Source of the DNA: Tilletiaria anomala UBC 951 | Taxonomy: Eukaryota | Length of the DNA stretch: 64,000 bases | Assembly: GCF_000711695.1 (NCBI RefSeq) | Contig: NW_013547011.1 | Coordinates: 1-64,000, forward strand | Direction of reading: 5' to 3' | Shown here: positions 23,001-36,059 of the stretch, piece by piece | Layout of the letters: each line of letters starts with the position of its first letter | Numbering within the stretch: the first letter of the stretch is position 1 | Program-made: the position numbers and the translations under genes | Notes under the pieces: model-generated | Seen by the model: only the letters and a program-made list of their open reading frames with translations | What the model was told of the DNA's origin: nothing | Database searches by the model: none

Positions 23001-24814
23001 GATGGGCAATGCTGCTTCTATCCTGCAAGCTAAGGTGGTGAGCTGAGCTGAAGGATTAGATTTAGACTTGATGATGACCTTGATTGAAAGTGACTTTCGT
23101 GCTTCCAAGGCAGCTGGCTGTCGCTCACAGGCGATAGTAGCGGGAAGCAAGCGGCGGTGTGGTGGCATGGCGCCGCGGCGTGGTGGCTAGTATGAATGCG
23201 CAGTTGAGTGCGGTGTCACAGCCAGTGTGAGGGTATGCAGGTGGGCGCAAGGTGTTCTCCGCAGCACCCCAATTCTCCTTCAACTGTTCCGCCCCTGCAG
23301 CGATTGAGCGCCGCGCTCCCACCTATTTAATTCAATCCTTTCTCCTGTTTTTTTACCTTTAATCTCTTTCCCCATTCTTGTGCAGGGGTAGACGCTTGAG
23401 CCAGTGACGTTTCGACGGAGGCCAAGTTATTTGCTTAATCGCAAACAAACTACCATTTTCGTCCTTGTCGCTTTAACGCAACATGGCAATTTTTGGAATC
23501 GCTTTCGTCTCCGTACGACTGGCTGGCTGTGGTCAAAATGACCGTCCAGTAAACACTCATTTTGCCTAACCTGGTGTCCGTGCTTTGTATTATTATTCTT
23601 TGCAATTGCTCCTTGATATTGATGCGTCCGGTTGCCGTTTGCGTACTAGCCGAACCTGAGGCCCAACTTGGCCTATGTTCATTGAATCCGTCGTGAGTAG
23701 ATAGATAGATATACGCCTTAAACAACGTGGTAGTGGCATCGAAGTTTCAACTGTTGGCGATCGTGGCATCGTACGCGACATTTGACGTGATTTGTGGTTA
23801 GGGCATGAGACACACCTTCGATTACTCAAGCCTTGAGACTGATCTTGGGATAATAACAAGCTGGGATTCCAAGTTGTGCGTCTGTTGGCATCCCGCAAAG
23901 GCCGCGAGTTGACCCCTCAGAGGTTCCGGATTAACAAGGTTCCTGTGCGAATCCAATTCCTATCTCGAGGCTCGACATCTGAGCTCTCTCCCTTCAGCTC
24001 TCCCGCATACTCCAAGCAATTATACAGACGCCGAACTCGCATTGGGGATGCATCTTTGATGGCTTTTTTTTCTGAATGATACTTCACAGGTTTCACTTGA
24101 AGATCGCAGCGAAATGACAAGACGTTGTTGGCGTCGACAGGCAACTCCTATGTCGGCCGCCGCGTCTTTGCGTTGCCGGCTGCCATTATAAGTACTGCGG
24201 CGAGTGTGCTCGATTATCTGCAAATCCACTGATGATGACCTACGTACTCGAAAGAGAATCTTCTTTCTGTTCTGCGGCTGCATCCATGAATGAGTTCGTC
24301 CTTACGCGTCAGAACAAGCGAAAGATCGATCAATATGTCAAGAGATCATCAAGAACATCGCCACCTTCGGACGCGCGCCTCTTGTCAGGCTATGCCAGCG
24401 CACAGGGGCTGTAAGCGCTGCCTCCGAACTGGGAGTGCTTTGGAACAGCAAATAGCAGCGAGCGATGATAGACTAGTCCTTTCCCACGAATCAGCGCACC
24501 GGTGTGCCTAACAGACTCCTCACTCTGCAGTGACGAACTCAGACTGGCATTACCAAGCCGAGGGACCGTGCTCACTGGTCAGTCCGCGCGATCTCAAGGG
24601 CTTCATTTCATTTCTGAACGCTTGGTCCTCTGCGGATCGTTCTAAAGCCCAACCAGCAGAACAATATCAGACGCCACTTGGAATCTACTGTATGAGTTGT
24701 TACTGACAGCATCTCATTTCTCTGCAGTATAAGATCTGTGACTGCTTTCTTTCGACTATGCTTAAGAGCAAAGGTTCTTGTCCTCCTTGTTGAGTCCTAG
24801 GAGCATCGTTCGCG

Positions 24815-26047
24815 ATGGTTGAGACACGATACGATGGACGATGGCCGTCGCACTCGGCAACGAGCGATAGTGACGCCCCTCCCGCACGGCGGACGCATCG
24901 TTCAACCACAGTCGCTGTGCCTTTGCCGCCAACCTCTCTTGCTCCTGCAGATAGTCACGCCAGCAAGCGCAAAGGAAAAGGAAGTGCAAATAAGAAACGC
25001 GGGGCGGACTCGACATTGCGCAAGCAAAAGTCGGCGACGCGATCTTCAGGAATCAAGATTCCGCGCCCACCAAACGCGTACATCTGCTATCGTTCCGAGC
25101 GACTGCACCAGCATCGCACCGGTCAGCTCTCATCATCTCTTCGGAATGTGCTTTCCGCACGCTCGCTTGTGATTCGTCCATTCCCAGCCGACGTGCCGCC
25201 TCCTGGCAGCCCAAAATACCAGGCCGCACTGTCCAAGGCGCTCGGTCAGATGTGGAAGTCGGAAGACGAACCGATTCGAACCTACTTCTTCGCTGAAAGC
25301 TCTCGGAAAGCGGATGAGCACAGGGCAATGTACCCGGACTACAAGTTCAAACCGACATTGACGCCAAAGGCGAAGCTTGCACGTCTTGCACGCAGAGGTG
25401 CGAAGCTCCCCCAACTCGACGCATCGATGGAAGATTCCGCGAGGCGTAAGGAGGAGGGACCAGAGTCGGCAAGCCGTGAGCGCGTCTCTGCGCGGTACGG
25501 CGTCCATTCAATAACCATAACTGGGGACAAACTTGACGAGAGCCAACAAGTGCGCGGCGTCTACAAGCCCGATAGCGATGAAGATGACGACGTCGACGAG
25601 CGCTGCTTGTCCACTGTCTCCGAAGCTGCCCGGTATGCCGTTAGCTCTCGCCCACCTGTCGACGCCTCCAAAGACCATGGCTCAGATAAGGCAGATGCCG
25701 GCGACTACTCTATCGAACTGGTTGACTATTTCGATGGAGGAACCCACAATCATTATGACGACGGTGATCAGTTTTTGTCCTTTACATCCGTAACGAGTCT
25801 TTCTGCCGGCAAGCCATCAGCTCACGGTCTCGATGACATGTGCAGTGCCTTTGGCTCTGCCGCCCATGCAACCTTCGGCGGGATAGACCCTCGTGCCGTG
25901 TACTTTGGCAAGAGCGATCTCGACTTCAGAAGTGACAGGCACGCGATAAACAACCTACCTCCGGATGCAAGGATTGCAGATGGAATCGACCCTTTCTTCC
26001 TCGGACTTAATGATTTCAGCACTGCACAACCAGCCTGGGGTCGTTGA
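24815..26047 (+). CDS. Sequence-specific (MATA/SOX-type) HMG-box transcription factor; probable 66-nt intron 25122-25187
   Basis: KIPRPPNAYICYRSE...LSKALGQMWKSE...HRAMYPDYKFKP HMG-box signature. Confidence 0.88.
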   Translation: MVETRYDGRWPSHSATSDSDAPPARRTHRSTTVAVPLPPTSLAPADSHASKRKGKGSANKKRGADSTLRKQKSATRSSGIKIPRPPNAYICYRSERLHQHRTGQLSSSLRNVLSARSLVIRPFPADVPPPGSPKYQAALSKALGQMWKSEDEPIRTYFFAESSRKADEHRAMYPDYKFKPTLTPKAKLARLARRGAKLPQLDASMEDSARRKEEGPESASRERVSARYGVHSITITGDKLDESQQVRGVYKPDSDEDDDVDERCLSTVSEAARYAVSSRPPVDASKDHGSDKADAGDYSIELVDYFDGGTHNHYDDGDQFLSFTSVTSLSAGKPSAHGLDDMCSAFGSAAHATFGGIDPRAVYFGKSDLDFRSDRHAINNLPPDARIADGIDPFFLGLNDFSTAQPAWGR

Positions 26048-26336
26048 ATACAACTTTTGATGTGCGCCAAATCTTAATCTCGATGCATTTCGAGGATGCT
26101 CAAGTTTGACTCTTCGACCAGTTCTCCCCCCCCCACCCTTCAGGCTCTGGGCAAATGCAACGCTTTTCTTTAAGGGCACGAGACGACGCCTTCCGCCGTA
26201 ATGCAACCGCTACACTCTTCACACACTTCGGACTACCTCTTTCACTCTTTTGAATCGATTTGCTCTTCTCCATTGGTTCACTTATGTATGTTTCTCCGAC
26301 ATTGGAAATTCCATTTATTCCGGCTATAGTGACCAT

Positions 26337-28707
26337 TCAGGTAGCTGCACGGATGGTATCTAAGGTGGACACCGTGTCTGACGGTGTAGGAAGGCCCTCG
26401 GCAGATGACTCTGCAGCCTCTCGCGACACGTGTCGTTGTGCGCTGACGGAGTCGTGCGCGCTAGTTGGGAACGCCTTACGCAGCGCAGCTCTGTCCACGC
26501 AGAATCCCAATCTGATGGCTGTCCAGAATGTAAAGCTCTTGAGCGAATCCTCGCCGTTAGGCGCCGAACCAGTAGTAGGACCCCCTTGGTCGTCGATACC
26601 CTCGTAACTAAACGTTACGCGCATAGCCACTTCGATGTCGCCAGCGGCTTCCTTGCCCAGCACAGCGTCGAGACCGATCGTGGTCGTGTTTCCCACTTTG
26701 CGGATAATGCCCCCGTTGCGATTGCGTCGCTTTCGACCTTTTTCGCCGCCCAGGCGGCCCTGTTTCCGACCAGCTCCCTCTGCATCACTCAGGTCGTCCT
26801 CGTCTGCTTCATCGAGCAAGTCATCATCATCGTCAAACTCGTCGTCATCGTCATCGTCGTCGGCACCGCTGCGCCGTGAATCTCCGAGCAGCTCCTCTTC
26901 ATCGTCAATGTTCAACATGCTAGACGCTGCAAGTTCGAATTGGGATGTGGTAGGGGCGACTTGCCATGCTGATTGTTCGGTGGAGCTGGCATCTGCGGCG
27001 TTGCCCATGGTATAAGCGGGCTTGACAACGCTGATGCGCACCTTCATCGCATCCTCAAGTGGATTGGAGAACGTGCATTCGAACCTGTAAGTGCGGCCCG
27101 GCTGTAGCCTTTCCGGATCGACGGCTGTAGTAGATCTCGTGCCGAGAATCGAGCTGGTGTCGCCTCTGCCGGAAGAGGTAATAAAGTTTTGTGGACGGCG
27201 CGTTCCATACAAGCCCATCATGCTCATCCGTTTGCCTATCCTGCTGGCCGCATCGTTGCCTCGACCACTAGTTGAAGCGCGCTGCTCATCTCCAGCAGCC
27301 GCTGCCTGCATCGGCGCGACTAGGACCTGTATGGCTGGCAAGAAGTTAACCGCGACCAGCTTGATCTTGAAGCGTGGCGTTGTCGCCTTGACGTCCGGGC
27401 GGATAAGGATGTGCGAGCAATCTGTGCAGCGCTTGGTCAATTTTGTTTTGAGCGGAGCACGTAGAGGTCGCAATTCTCTGCGCAGTTCACAAGAGGTAAG
27501 GCCGTCGATCAAGAGAGCTCCAGGCCCAGATCTTCTCACCTTGTTCGAACAGACTGCTGTGAGCTGGTCGCCCACTTCTGGCCAAGCGTGGTTGTATTGG
27601 CGAAATTTGTATTCTGTGAGAGCCACCGCTCCTTGAAGTCTTCGGCGCGTCCTATCACACCTAGACTATCCGGTTGCGCTGGGTCTCGCCCGCTGTTGTA
27701 GGATGTGACGGTCCTGTAATCGGAAATATCATCGGGCGCAGCGCGTGGTTGGTCAGATTGCTTGTAGCGGTTTGTGCCGAGCATGTATCGCGAATGCGTC
27801 TCAGAAGACAGTATCGGAACATCGCGTAGCAGTTTCGACGACTTGGCCGCGGCAGAGAGGGCTGCTCGTTGACGTGATGAAAGTTCATTCGATGAAGGAT
27901 GGCTCTCGGAAACGCCTTGGGCTTTATAAAAGGTGTCAAAGTGCTGAATCAAGTGCTGCAGCTCCAGAAAATCATAGGACTGCTCGTCCTTTCGTTGTAA
28001 TTGAACTAAAAAGATAAGATCTTGTCAATGAAGCCCGTTTTCTGCATGGTCACACATTTATCTCCTCACGAGAAAGTCCAGATGACCGCTCGAACGTCAT
28101 GCCGATTTCTTTGCTGTCCCAACGACAGAAGCTGCAGCTCATGAAGAAAGGGGCCTCTCCTTGCGCGAGTTTTGGCTGATCTGCGCTATTGTTGGGGACC
28201 ATGCCGACGACTTGCAAGGAGTGCGAGCATGATGGACAAAGGAAACAGCTTCGCGAACAGCTGCAAAGACATGACACAATACATATTTTCAGAATTTGAG
28301 TACAAAGTTCTGATTACCATCCCATCAGCAACCTACCGGTTCCGATCAGCCTTGACATTCGCCGCCTGCGCGTCGAACAAGCAGACCGAGCAGTAGTAGC
28401 TTGACACCTCGGCGGTGGTGCAGCGCTTGCACTTGATCTGGTCGCATTCTTCACAGAAGTAGAGATTCTCCAAGGTGAAGTGCGAATACTGTGCAGCGCG
28501 ATCGTAGCATGGCAGTGGAGGTATCGCGTCTACTACGGTCGTAGCCCGTTTTCCTTGCACAGGTCCGCTCGGTCTTTCAGAAGCTGCTTTGGAAGGTGAA
28601 GCGTCCAGTGACGCCGGTGCCGAAGGTCCTGCTTGCAACGATGGTTCTGCTGATGACAGGTCTGCGGCAAGAGTGCACGGGCAGAAGTAGAGCACCCTTG
28701 GTGCCAT
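26337..28707 (-). CDS. DCTN4: Dynactin subunit p62 (DCTN4); exons 28707-28337, 28260-28070, 28005-27540, 27477-26337
   Basis: LYFCEECDQIKCKRC...YYCSVCLF, NRCSRSCFLCPSC, CSFCRWDS, LKTKLTKRCTDCSHILIRP and FKIKLVAVNFLP. Confidence 0.9.
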
Positions 28708-30869
28708 TTCGCTCCCAATGCAAGTTGCAGGTGTCCGCACCTCAGCAACTCATTTACCATGGTCTGCATGGGTAATCCTCGGGGTACCAACCACTGTATG
28801 TTGGCGATCGCGTATAACACAATGTGTGTGATATATTAGCCACTGCGCATGAGCGTTGCAGCGCGTTCCGCTCGGGCGGCCAGAGGAGGGCGTCGCGGAC
28901 CCATTTTCACATACCATGCGACGCCCATACCCAGGGCATGTCAGCTTCGTTTGAGCTTGCTTCTATACTATTGTGCTCACCAGGAACTATCTTACATGCA
29001 CCATTTCTGACTGAGTACTCCAATTTCGGTCTCGAAAGAACTCAACACATCTTTAACACGGACTTTCAGGCGAGTGAGAGCTGGAGCAAATGTTGTGCGG
29101 TTGAAATGCTTTAAGACGAGAATATTTGGACAAGACCTGAAGGACAGCCAGATGGATGTTGAAGGCTCGAAGGAAAGAGCAGCTTCGACGACTGATACGT
29201 AAACAATTCGAGGAATATTGTGAGGGCACCGCAGCAATAAGCAATGGGTCCGTAGGAGTGGCTTTCGATACGTCAGTATGTGCCGTGCAGAGGCAAGAGT
29301 TCGTTGTGGAATCGCATCTCCGCCCCATCAGATCCTCGCTCAGGTCCCTGACCAAGGTCGACCACAAGACACGTTCTCTCTTTCTGTGAGCACCCAAGAT
29401 GCCTTCTTTGATTAAGCAACCCAACGCGGCATGCTCGCTATTTTCACTGGTTACGATTGCCCCCCGCGCCAGGGTCAAGCCCAGGTGGCAATCATTGCTT
29501 GAGCCTGGCGCGAGGGACCTATCACTTACGATGAGAATGCAGCGATTGATTTTCTGCGTAACGCGGACTATTCATCTGTACATCGGGGGGAATAAGAGGC
29601 AGACGGCTGTCGGTGAATCTCAAGGAGTACCCACAGAGAGGATGCATTGCGGTGGATATGGTGGCAACGCGAAGTGAATCTGGCGCGAAGCTGTTGCCAC
29701 CCGCTCAAGCGGCGAGCACTCCGCGATGAGATTCCTATTCATCGCGCGCTCAGTGTCTGCACTCAGAGAGCAAGCAGCTCGACGTGTGTTCACGGCTAGG
29801 GTAAGGTGGTGAAATAGACATGGTGTGCGGATGTGAAAAAGATGGTGCCAACAAGGGGCGTGTACCAGCGAAACTCGAATCCAGGGCACTCCACCAGTTT
29901 TTGACCTCGTCCGCTGCCCAAACTCCGGAGAAAGAGCACCCTTGTAACACTAAGTTCCATCAAAGAGCAGCCAAGACTGTGCTGAGGCATAGGCTCAGTG
30001 TAAATAGGAACACCTGTATGTGATCTTGATTAACAGACAGGAACTGAAGGGAATGACTCAAGGGACAATGTGCAGTCATGGACGTGTGTGGCACAGGCAG
30101 GGTCGTCGGGAGGTGCCGGTTTCCCCAGGACCACCCTTAACGGCGGGGTTGCAGGGCACCTCATCGCGGTTGGGAACTTTCACAGCCCTGGTGGGGATTT
30201 CATGTGGGCAAGTGCCTATTGAATCACAGTCTGCATGTGCTCTGGCCACAGTCGAGTCAAACGTCATATCGCAGTCGCGCCATCACGGCAGTCTTCTTTT
30301 GCAATGCAGTCAAGTGGGTCGCAGTCATGCAATCATAGCACAGAACAGGGCAGCAACTGAGACATGGTGCCCGCCCGGTGCCCGCAAGCGGTTCCGAAAA
30401 CTTTGGTTCTCTCCCATGATTTCTCCCTTTCGCTTCCAGTCCCCTCCATTTGGCTCTGCAAGCACACCTTTCTGAAGTAGACCTTGGAGCCGCGACTATC
30501 TCTGACACCCTCCACCGCAAGGGAAGAGAACGCTGGACTCCTGTTGTGTTGCAGTGTGTTTTCAACGAAAGCAGATCAGAAGCTACAACCCAGGGTCGAT
30601 CACAAACGCAACTCCAGACGCCGCCCTTCCTCGGGGGGACGCTGAACACTACTCATCTGTCCATCCTCCATAGTTATAAGGTGAGTGCGAATGCGCAGCG
30701 GCTGCCGACTCGGGCTCTTGCTCGCTGCGTTGGGCCGCTTGGACGGAAGGTTTACAGCCTACTCCGCGCAATGGACAGTCCCTAGACGGAGAGTGGCGTT
30801 GCTGACCCCGGCCCCCTTTCAATCTATCTTTGCATCCCTGCAGCAACCCCATCATATTGATACAGAAGG

Positions 30870-32008
30870 ATGACGTGTGCATTACTGTACTCAGATGACT
30901 TTTCCTCAAGCAGCAAGAAGGTGAGTATCGGATCACAAGCTTGGCGCCGAACGGCAAGAGCAGATTTGAACAAAAAATGTTTTCTGACCACGCCGATTCC
31001 TGTTTGCTTTCCTCACCGCCGCCGCCATGCACTCTTATGCTTGGACGACTTCAGGATATTGACCCCCTCGCGCTCTTGCATGACCATGCGCTAGAGTCGG
31101 ACCCAGAGCTGGACATCTCTGTGCTCACGGACGACGAGCTTCTCGACCTGCTCAAAGCAAACAAAGACGGCAGGCCGCTGCAGGGCTGGCTCGGCACGAC
31201 GCTGACGCCCCGCCTGCTTGGCGACGTTTTAGAGCCTTCAAGCAGCTGCAGCAGTAGCAGCGGCGCCGGCCACGGGCCCACGCTTCGCTTACCGGATTCT
31301 CCCGTCAGCGCCAGCTCGTCCTCTTCGTTGTCAGCAGGCAGCATCCTGAGTCTCGACAACGTTCCTTTCTCGCATCCTTTGCATAACAGCAGGGCGTTCC
31401 CAGGGCATACAGTCTACGGTGGCGGAAGCAGCGTTGGACATCCGTCCTATGCGTCTCAGTACGGAGGGAGCAGCTCGATGAGCAGCTACAATGCAAGCCA
31501 AGGGACGGCTGGTACGTCACAGACCAGCCTTGGTAGTCAGAGCTTCAGCAGTAGCTACAATAGCCAACACGATGAGGGATGCTGAAAAGCATGTCGCTTA
31601 GAGTCGACCCTCCGTCCATCAGATGCCCACGGCTTGCAAGATGCCCCCACCCCCAGTATGAGTTTCTCCAGTCGCAACCGCGAGCAGATCCACATGACAC
31701 TTCCATCCCCGCCCCACTTTACCGCCGCCTGCGTCGCCCTCGAATCAGCTGCATTGCAAGTGACTTGCCCATACAACTTCGCATTGATGATTACCCAGTC
31801 AATAAGCAGCGCATACCGACGCGGTCAATCTGATCACCCTAGCACAGACCGTGCATCTTTGTCCATCCTCGTCGCAACCACTTGGGCTACAGGCTACAGC
31901 AGCAGGGGCAATAGGTGTCAAGTGACAATTGACGCGCTTCTTACTGCTTTCCGCCACCTTTCTCACGTCCTTGCACTATGTATGTGTAGCATTCATTGCC
32001 TGTTGTAA
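30870..32008 (+). pseudogene. Ser-rich hypothetical gene or relic: spliced ORF (30870-30920 + 31055-31585) whose frame stays open past one TGA to 32008
   Basis: The GTGAGT donor at 30921 and CAG acceptor at 31054 join in phase. ORFs 30941-31585 and 31634-32008 share a frame separated only by TGA 31583-31585. No recognisable domain. Confidence 0.3.
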
Positions 32009-32983
32009 TATCCGAATCCAAATTTGTCCGTGTATGTCTTCTCGCTGGCCCGATTTACCGGCAGAAGCAGCCGCTTGCATTCTACGTTCTAGCTCTGCGG
32101 TTGAGATGACCTGCGTGAAAAGCGATAGGTAGGGGAGGAGTACATAGGAAAACGTGACTCTGGCCTTGCAGCGGGCGCGGATCGTCGTCAATGTGACTCT
32201 TAAACGAACCTGGGGCTGGCCTATGAATATTAGGTGATGGGATGAAAGGGTTGTTTGAGTCGAATCTGGGTTTCTCACAATTTCAAAGGAAAGCTGCCAA
32301 AATTGTAGAGTATCTGGGGTCCTGGGTCGTAAAAAGCGGCTTCGGGGCAGCTCCTCCTGGAAACCCCCGAGCAGCTGGGCCTGCGGCTTGCGGCTAGGAC
32401 CCGACTTGGTACAAGGCCAAGGAAGCGGCTCAGAGGAGAGCGGAAATCCGGGGTCTCCGGCCGAGTGCGACACAGTTTCCGGGCCAAATCTTTTAATTGG
32501 CTTCCCAATGACCGCCTTCACGCTCCAAAACATTGGTCAGATTTTCAAAAAGGCGAACTATCCGTCCCAAAGTGGCGTAGGTTCGCTTATTATTGATAAA
32601 ATGGCACAGCTGGGCGTCCGTGGGCGCAGCAGGCGGCGATATGCTGCAGCTCAACTACAGTTGCCTCCATCAAAGGTCATCCCAATGCCTTCATTATCTG
32701 GACCGACGGGCGTCTGTTCTTTGGCGCTTTCATCTGTGTGCTGGCATCAGCGACAGAGGCAAGAATATTGTCTGGGATGCAGAGCAGGTTACTCCCGCTC
32801 TGTCCACCGGATGTCCCTCTTAACTGGGATACAAAGTGCAATCGGTTGGCCGGCGGTCTCGTCAACTCGGCTACGGCACTGGTCCCGCAAGCAAGCTCGG
32901 CAGCGCTTTCGGCAGGATGCCCCCAGCCGCTATACCCCTGCCTAGCAGCGCTACAGAAGTGCGTCCCAGCCAACGGCCTGCAG

Positions 32984-34129
32984 CTACAGCGTTAACGACC
33001 AAGCCTGCTGCAGCAAGTAGTTGAGCATCAGCATCGGCAGCCTACATAACTCGCAAGCCTTTTCCGCCCCTATGTCGCCCACCGCAAGTAGCGCCAGCCG
33101 CCTATATAGATTCGCTGTTTCGTCATACAAAGACGGCTCAACGAATGCATTGTCTTCTTCAACCCTTCGCCGCATCGGTTCCATACTCAGATTCTTAGGC
33201 AGCCGACAGCAATTCGTGCTTGAAAGCCTGGTTTCTTTGTTGCATGTGGGCTCATACCATGGGTAAAAGCATGATACAGACATGGGCATGGGCATCCCGC
33301 CATCGGGTTGCTCGAGCTGGTTGCTTTCGAGATCGATGCAGCAAGGCGACAAGTAGAGACTCCGATATCCAACTTCACTCGGGTGTCTCATAGATTGACG
33401 TGCTCGTCCGACTGCGTCACGCTGCCCCGTGATTTGATCCCTAACGTGACATCTACAGAAATTATTCCAAGTGTGGTGGCATTCCGCGCTCAATAGAGTC
33501 TCGTGAAAGAAGACATGGTCCCGTTCCTCGGTCGATGCCACGTGACAAGTGGACATCAACGGCGGTCGAATGACCTCGGGGAATGGGTTCCAGTCATCAG
33601 TCGCCATGTGCCGGCCGCAGTGGACGAGGTCATTCCAAGCTGACACCGCGGAAGCCTTGAGCCCATCGTCTCGTAAAAACGGCTGGTCAACTTACATCTT
33701 CGACTCGAACTCGACAAGTTGAAATACAAATTTGGCCTCAAGAAGAGATTGGCACTGACCCTCCTTAGACGCCGCGGCCTTGGAACAGTCGCCTCTCAGC
33801 GCTCGAGCTGCTTTAAAACAAGGCTCTTCGTCCCAAGAGCACCCAGTTGTACCCTTTTCGAGCACAACCCGGACATTGATGACTCTGAACTTGACCCACA
33901 CGAAGCGGATCTCCGGTACGCGCAAGATGTGCCGCGATCCGTGTCCCACAACGAGCAGGCGGATCTGGTCTCGTCCCGCGATCAGTGGTTTGATCGTGGC
34001 CACGGCTTCCTTGTCCGAAACGGGACCTCGTCCACCCTGGGTATGGGCAACATTCGGCAAATTGACAGATGAGGGGACGACATAGCTGGAGCCTGTACGA
34101 ACTTCTCGGCTATCGATGGAAAATATCAT
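32984..34129 (-). pseudogene. Possible gene relic: ~380-codon frame with a single internal stop
   Basis: ORFs 33692-34129 and 32984-33646 are in the same frame with only TAA 33694-33692 between them. No recognisable homology and strand uncertain. Confidence 0.25.
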
Positions 34130-34564
34130 GCGCTGATCTCATCAATGACTCCAATTTCCTCCTTCAGTCGATCGAACACCGATACATGTTGCTCTTTCTT
34201 TTATTCGCTCACAGGTCTGTGGGGAGAAAGGCTGTTCTAGACTGTTGCCTGATGCGAAGCCCGATTCCGATTGCGAATATTAGCGGCATTTGACTCGCCG
34301 TTGACTCGCCAAAGAGGCGTATCTAAAGGGCTGTATTCGAGGGCTTGTTATGACGTGAACCGTTCCACTTGCGAAATGGAAGATCAGCGCGCAGCGCATA
34401 TTGCGCAGCGATGCACGTCACGTTGGTTACCTCCTGTGACCATGTTCGCCTTGTTTTCAAATCGTGATGGTTCGCGTCTGACTGCAGGTGCCGAGAAAAT
34501 CGCAGATTCTCGAAGAAAGATCCAGTCGCTTTGTTTTCCAGTGGAATCCCTGTCATCTGTGGCA

Positions 34565-36059
34565 CTATCTCCTCCAGCATGCCCAACGTGGCATGTATTG
34601 TGAATGGCTCTCGACAAACTCATCACCGTCGGGCCCAGAATCATGCAGCTGAAAGTCTGGAATGTCCGCTGCCCCACGAAACTCTGACTCTCGGTCTTCC
34701 TCTTCCCATCCTTCTCGCCAGATGGGCCAGCCCCGCGCATAGTACTCCAGTTGAGTAGCCTGACGGTCCGCGTACGCCCAATGTGTGATATCACTCGCCC
34801 AGTTCTTCCACCATCGACGCTCTCCGGATCGCACGACATCCCACCAGGTCACATCATCAAAGCGAATGAGGTTCCGTACGAAATTCGGTCCCTGCGGACC
34901 TACCTTACACAAGCGGTCCAATTGCCACATACTTGATATTTGCACGTGATACCACATCCTGCGGAAGAGCAGCAGCGGCATATCAGCCAGATCGCTTGTA
35001 CAGATGGACGGCCCACAGAACCATTACGCCCACAAGGGCAGCACCACAATGTGCAAAGCGCAGCTTGCTTGTACCCATCTCCATAAATGCATGTTGCTTG
35101 CCTCGTTCATGGATATCAGATCTGGAAATTCGAGAATGAAGCTTTGTCCATCGGAAACTGCCCATCGCCCCTTCAGTGCCCGCTATCACAAACACATAGT
35201 GTGCGATCAGTCGGAGGTATAAAGGAACGTTAGCGTCAGGCCTCGGGTTGGGCTGCAGCAGGCTGCGAGCGCCCTGCTAGTCAGAAATACGATCAACCTC
35301 GCCTGATGACATCGTCTGGTAGAGCGATCATCTTCATTGAGGCGGCTGCCTTGATCGACGCAAGGCTTCAAGAACGCGCGGGTAAAGAAATCTTTTGCAC
35401 CCCATTCGTGGTGAGAAGAGTTCTGTCGGGGCTCTGCAATCTCCATGGCGCGGCGTTGTTCACGTCATCCGGGCTCCGGGGCTTCAGTTTGCCCATTACC
35501 CAATCAAAAGCATACAGGCAGCTGGAAACTGTGATCACACCTTGTTTTATGTCGAATCCCCTGACTTGACGAATCCCGGGAACTCCTTGGTCCTACAGAT
35601 TCTGCAGTCAAGACTCTTACCCGCAAAATGGGGATGTGAATCTGCTCCACAAGGCAAAATGTGGAGCGGTGATCCTACACAACCCCGGAAATGGGGTTGG
35701 TGGACCGCTGGATTTATCGAAGTCCAACAAGAAGGACTCAAACGCGAAGAGAGATAATGGATGATAGACCTGGTCATAGTCCTGAGGCGAGTCCTCGTCA
35801 ATCCATGATGCTCTTTGGCGCGTGTGTGATGACTTCAACGGCTTGTGTGAAGATGGTGACTTGGTGAACTTGTTGGACGAGACGTCCGGTGTGCCTGGGG
35901 CGGAAGCAAGTCGACGCTGATGTGAAACAGACTGTGCGCCAGCGCCTCAATCTGTGAACCAAAGTCAAATCGATCCATCATGGGCCCAGCAGAGTCTGGG
36001 ATCGGGGCTTCGGGCTGACTATGGCGAGTGACTGTCGAATGGTGAGCGGACACTGCCAC
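34565..36059 (-). pseudogene. Possible fragmented hypothetical gene
   Basis: Series of protein-like minus-strand fragments (e.g. FAFESFLLDFD, and Trp-rich FDDVTWWDVVRSGERRWWKNWASD) broken by stops and frame changes. No clean splice model found. Confidence 0.2.

Noticed and set aside
24229..24270. Hammerhead-like CTGATGA...GAAA
   Set aside because: Stem II is weak and no stem I partner follows the putative cleavage site.
27478..27626. Apparent frameshift between overlapping dynactin p62 ORFs
   Set aside because: Explained by a canonical 62-nt intron (27539-27478).
32379..32389. GCCTGCGGCTT match to conserved 18S rRNA
   Set aside because: An 11-nt match to rRNA is plausible by chance and there are no flanking snoRNA boxes.
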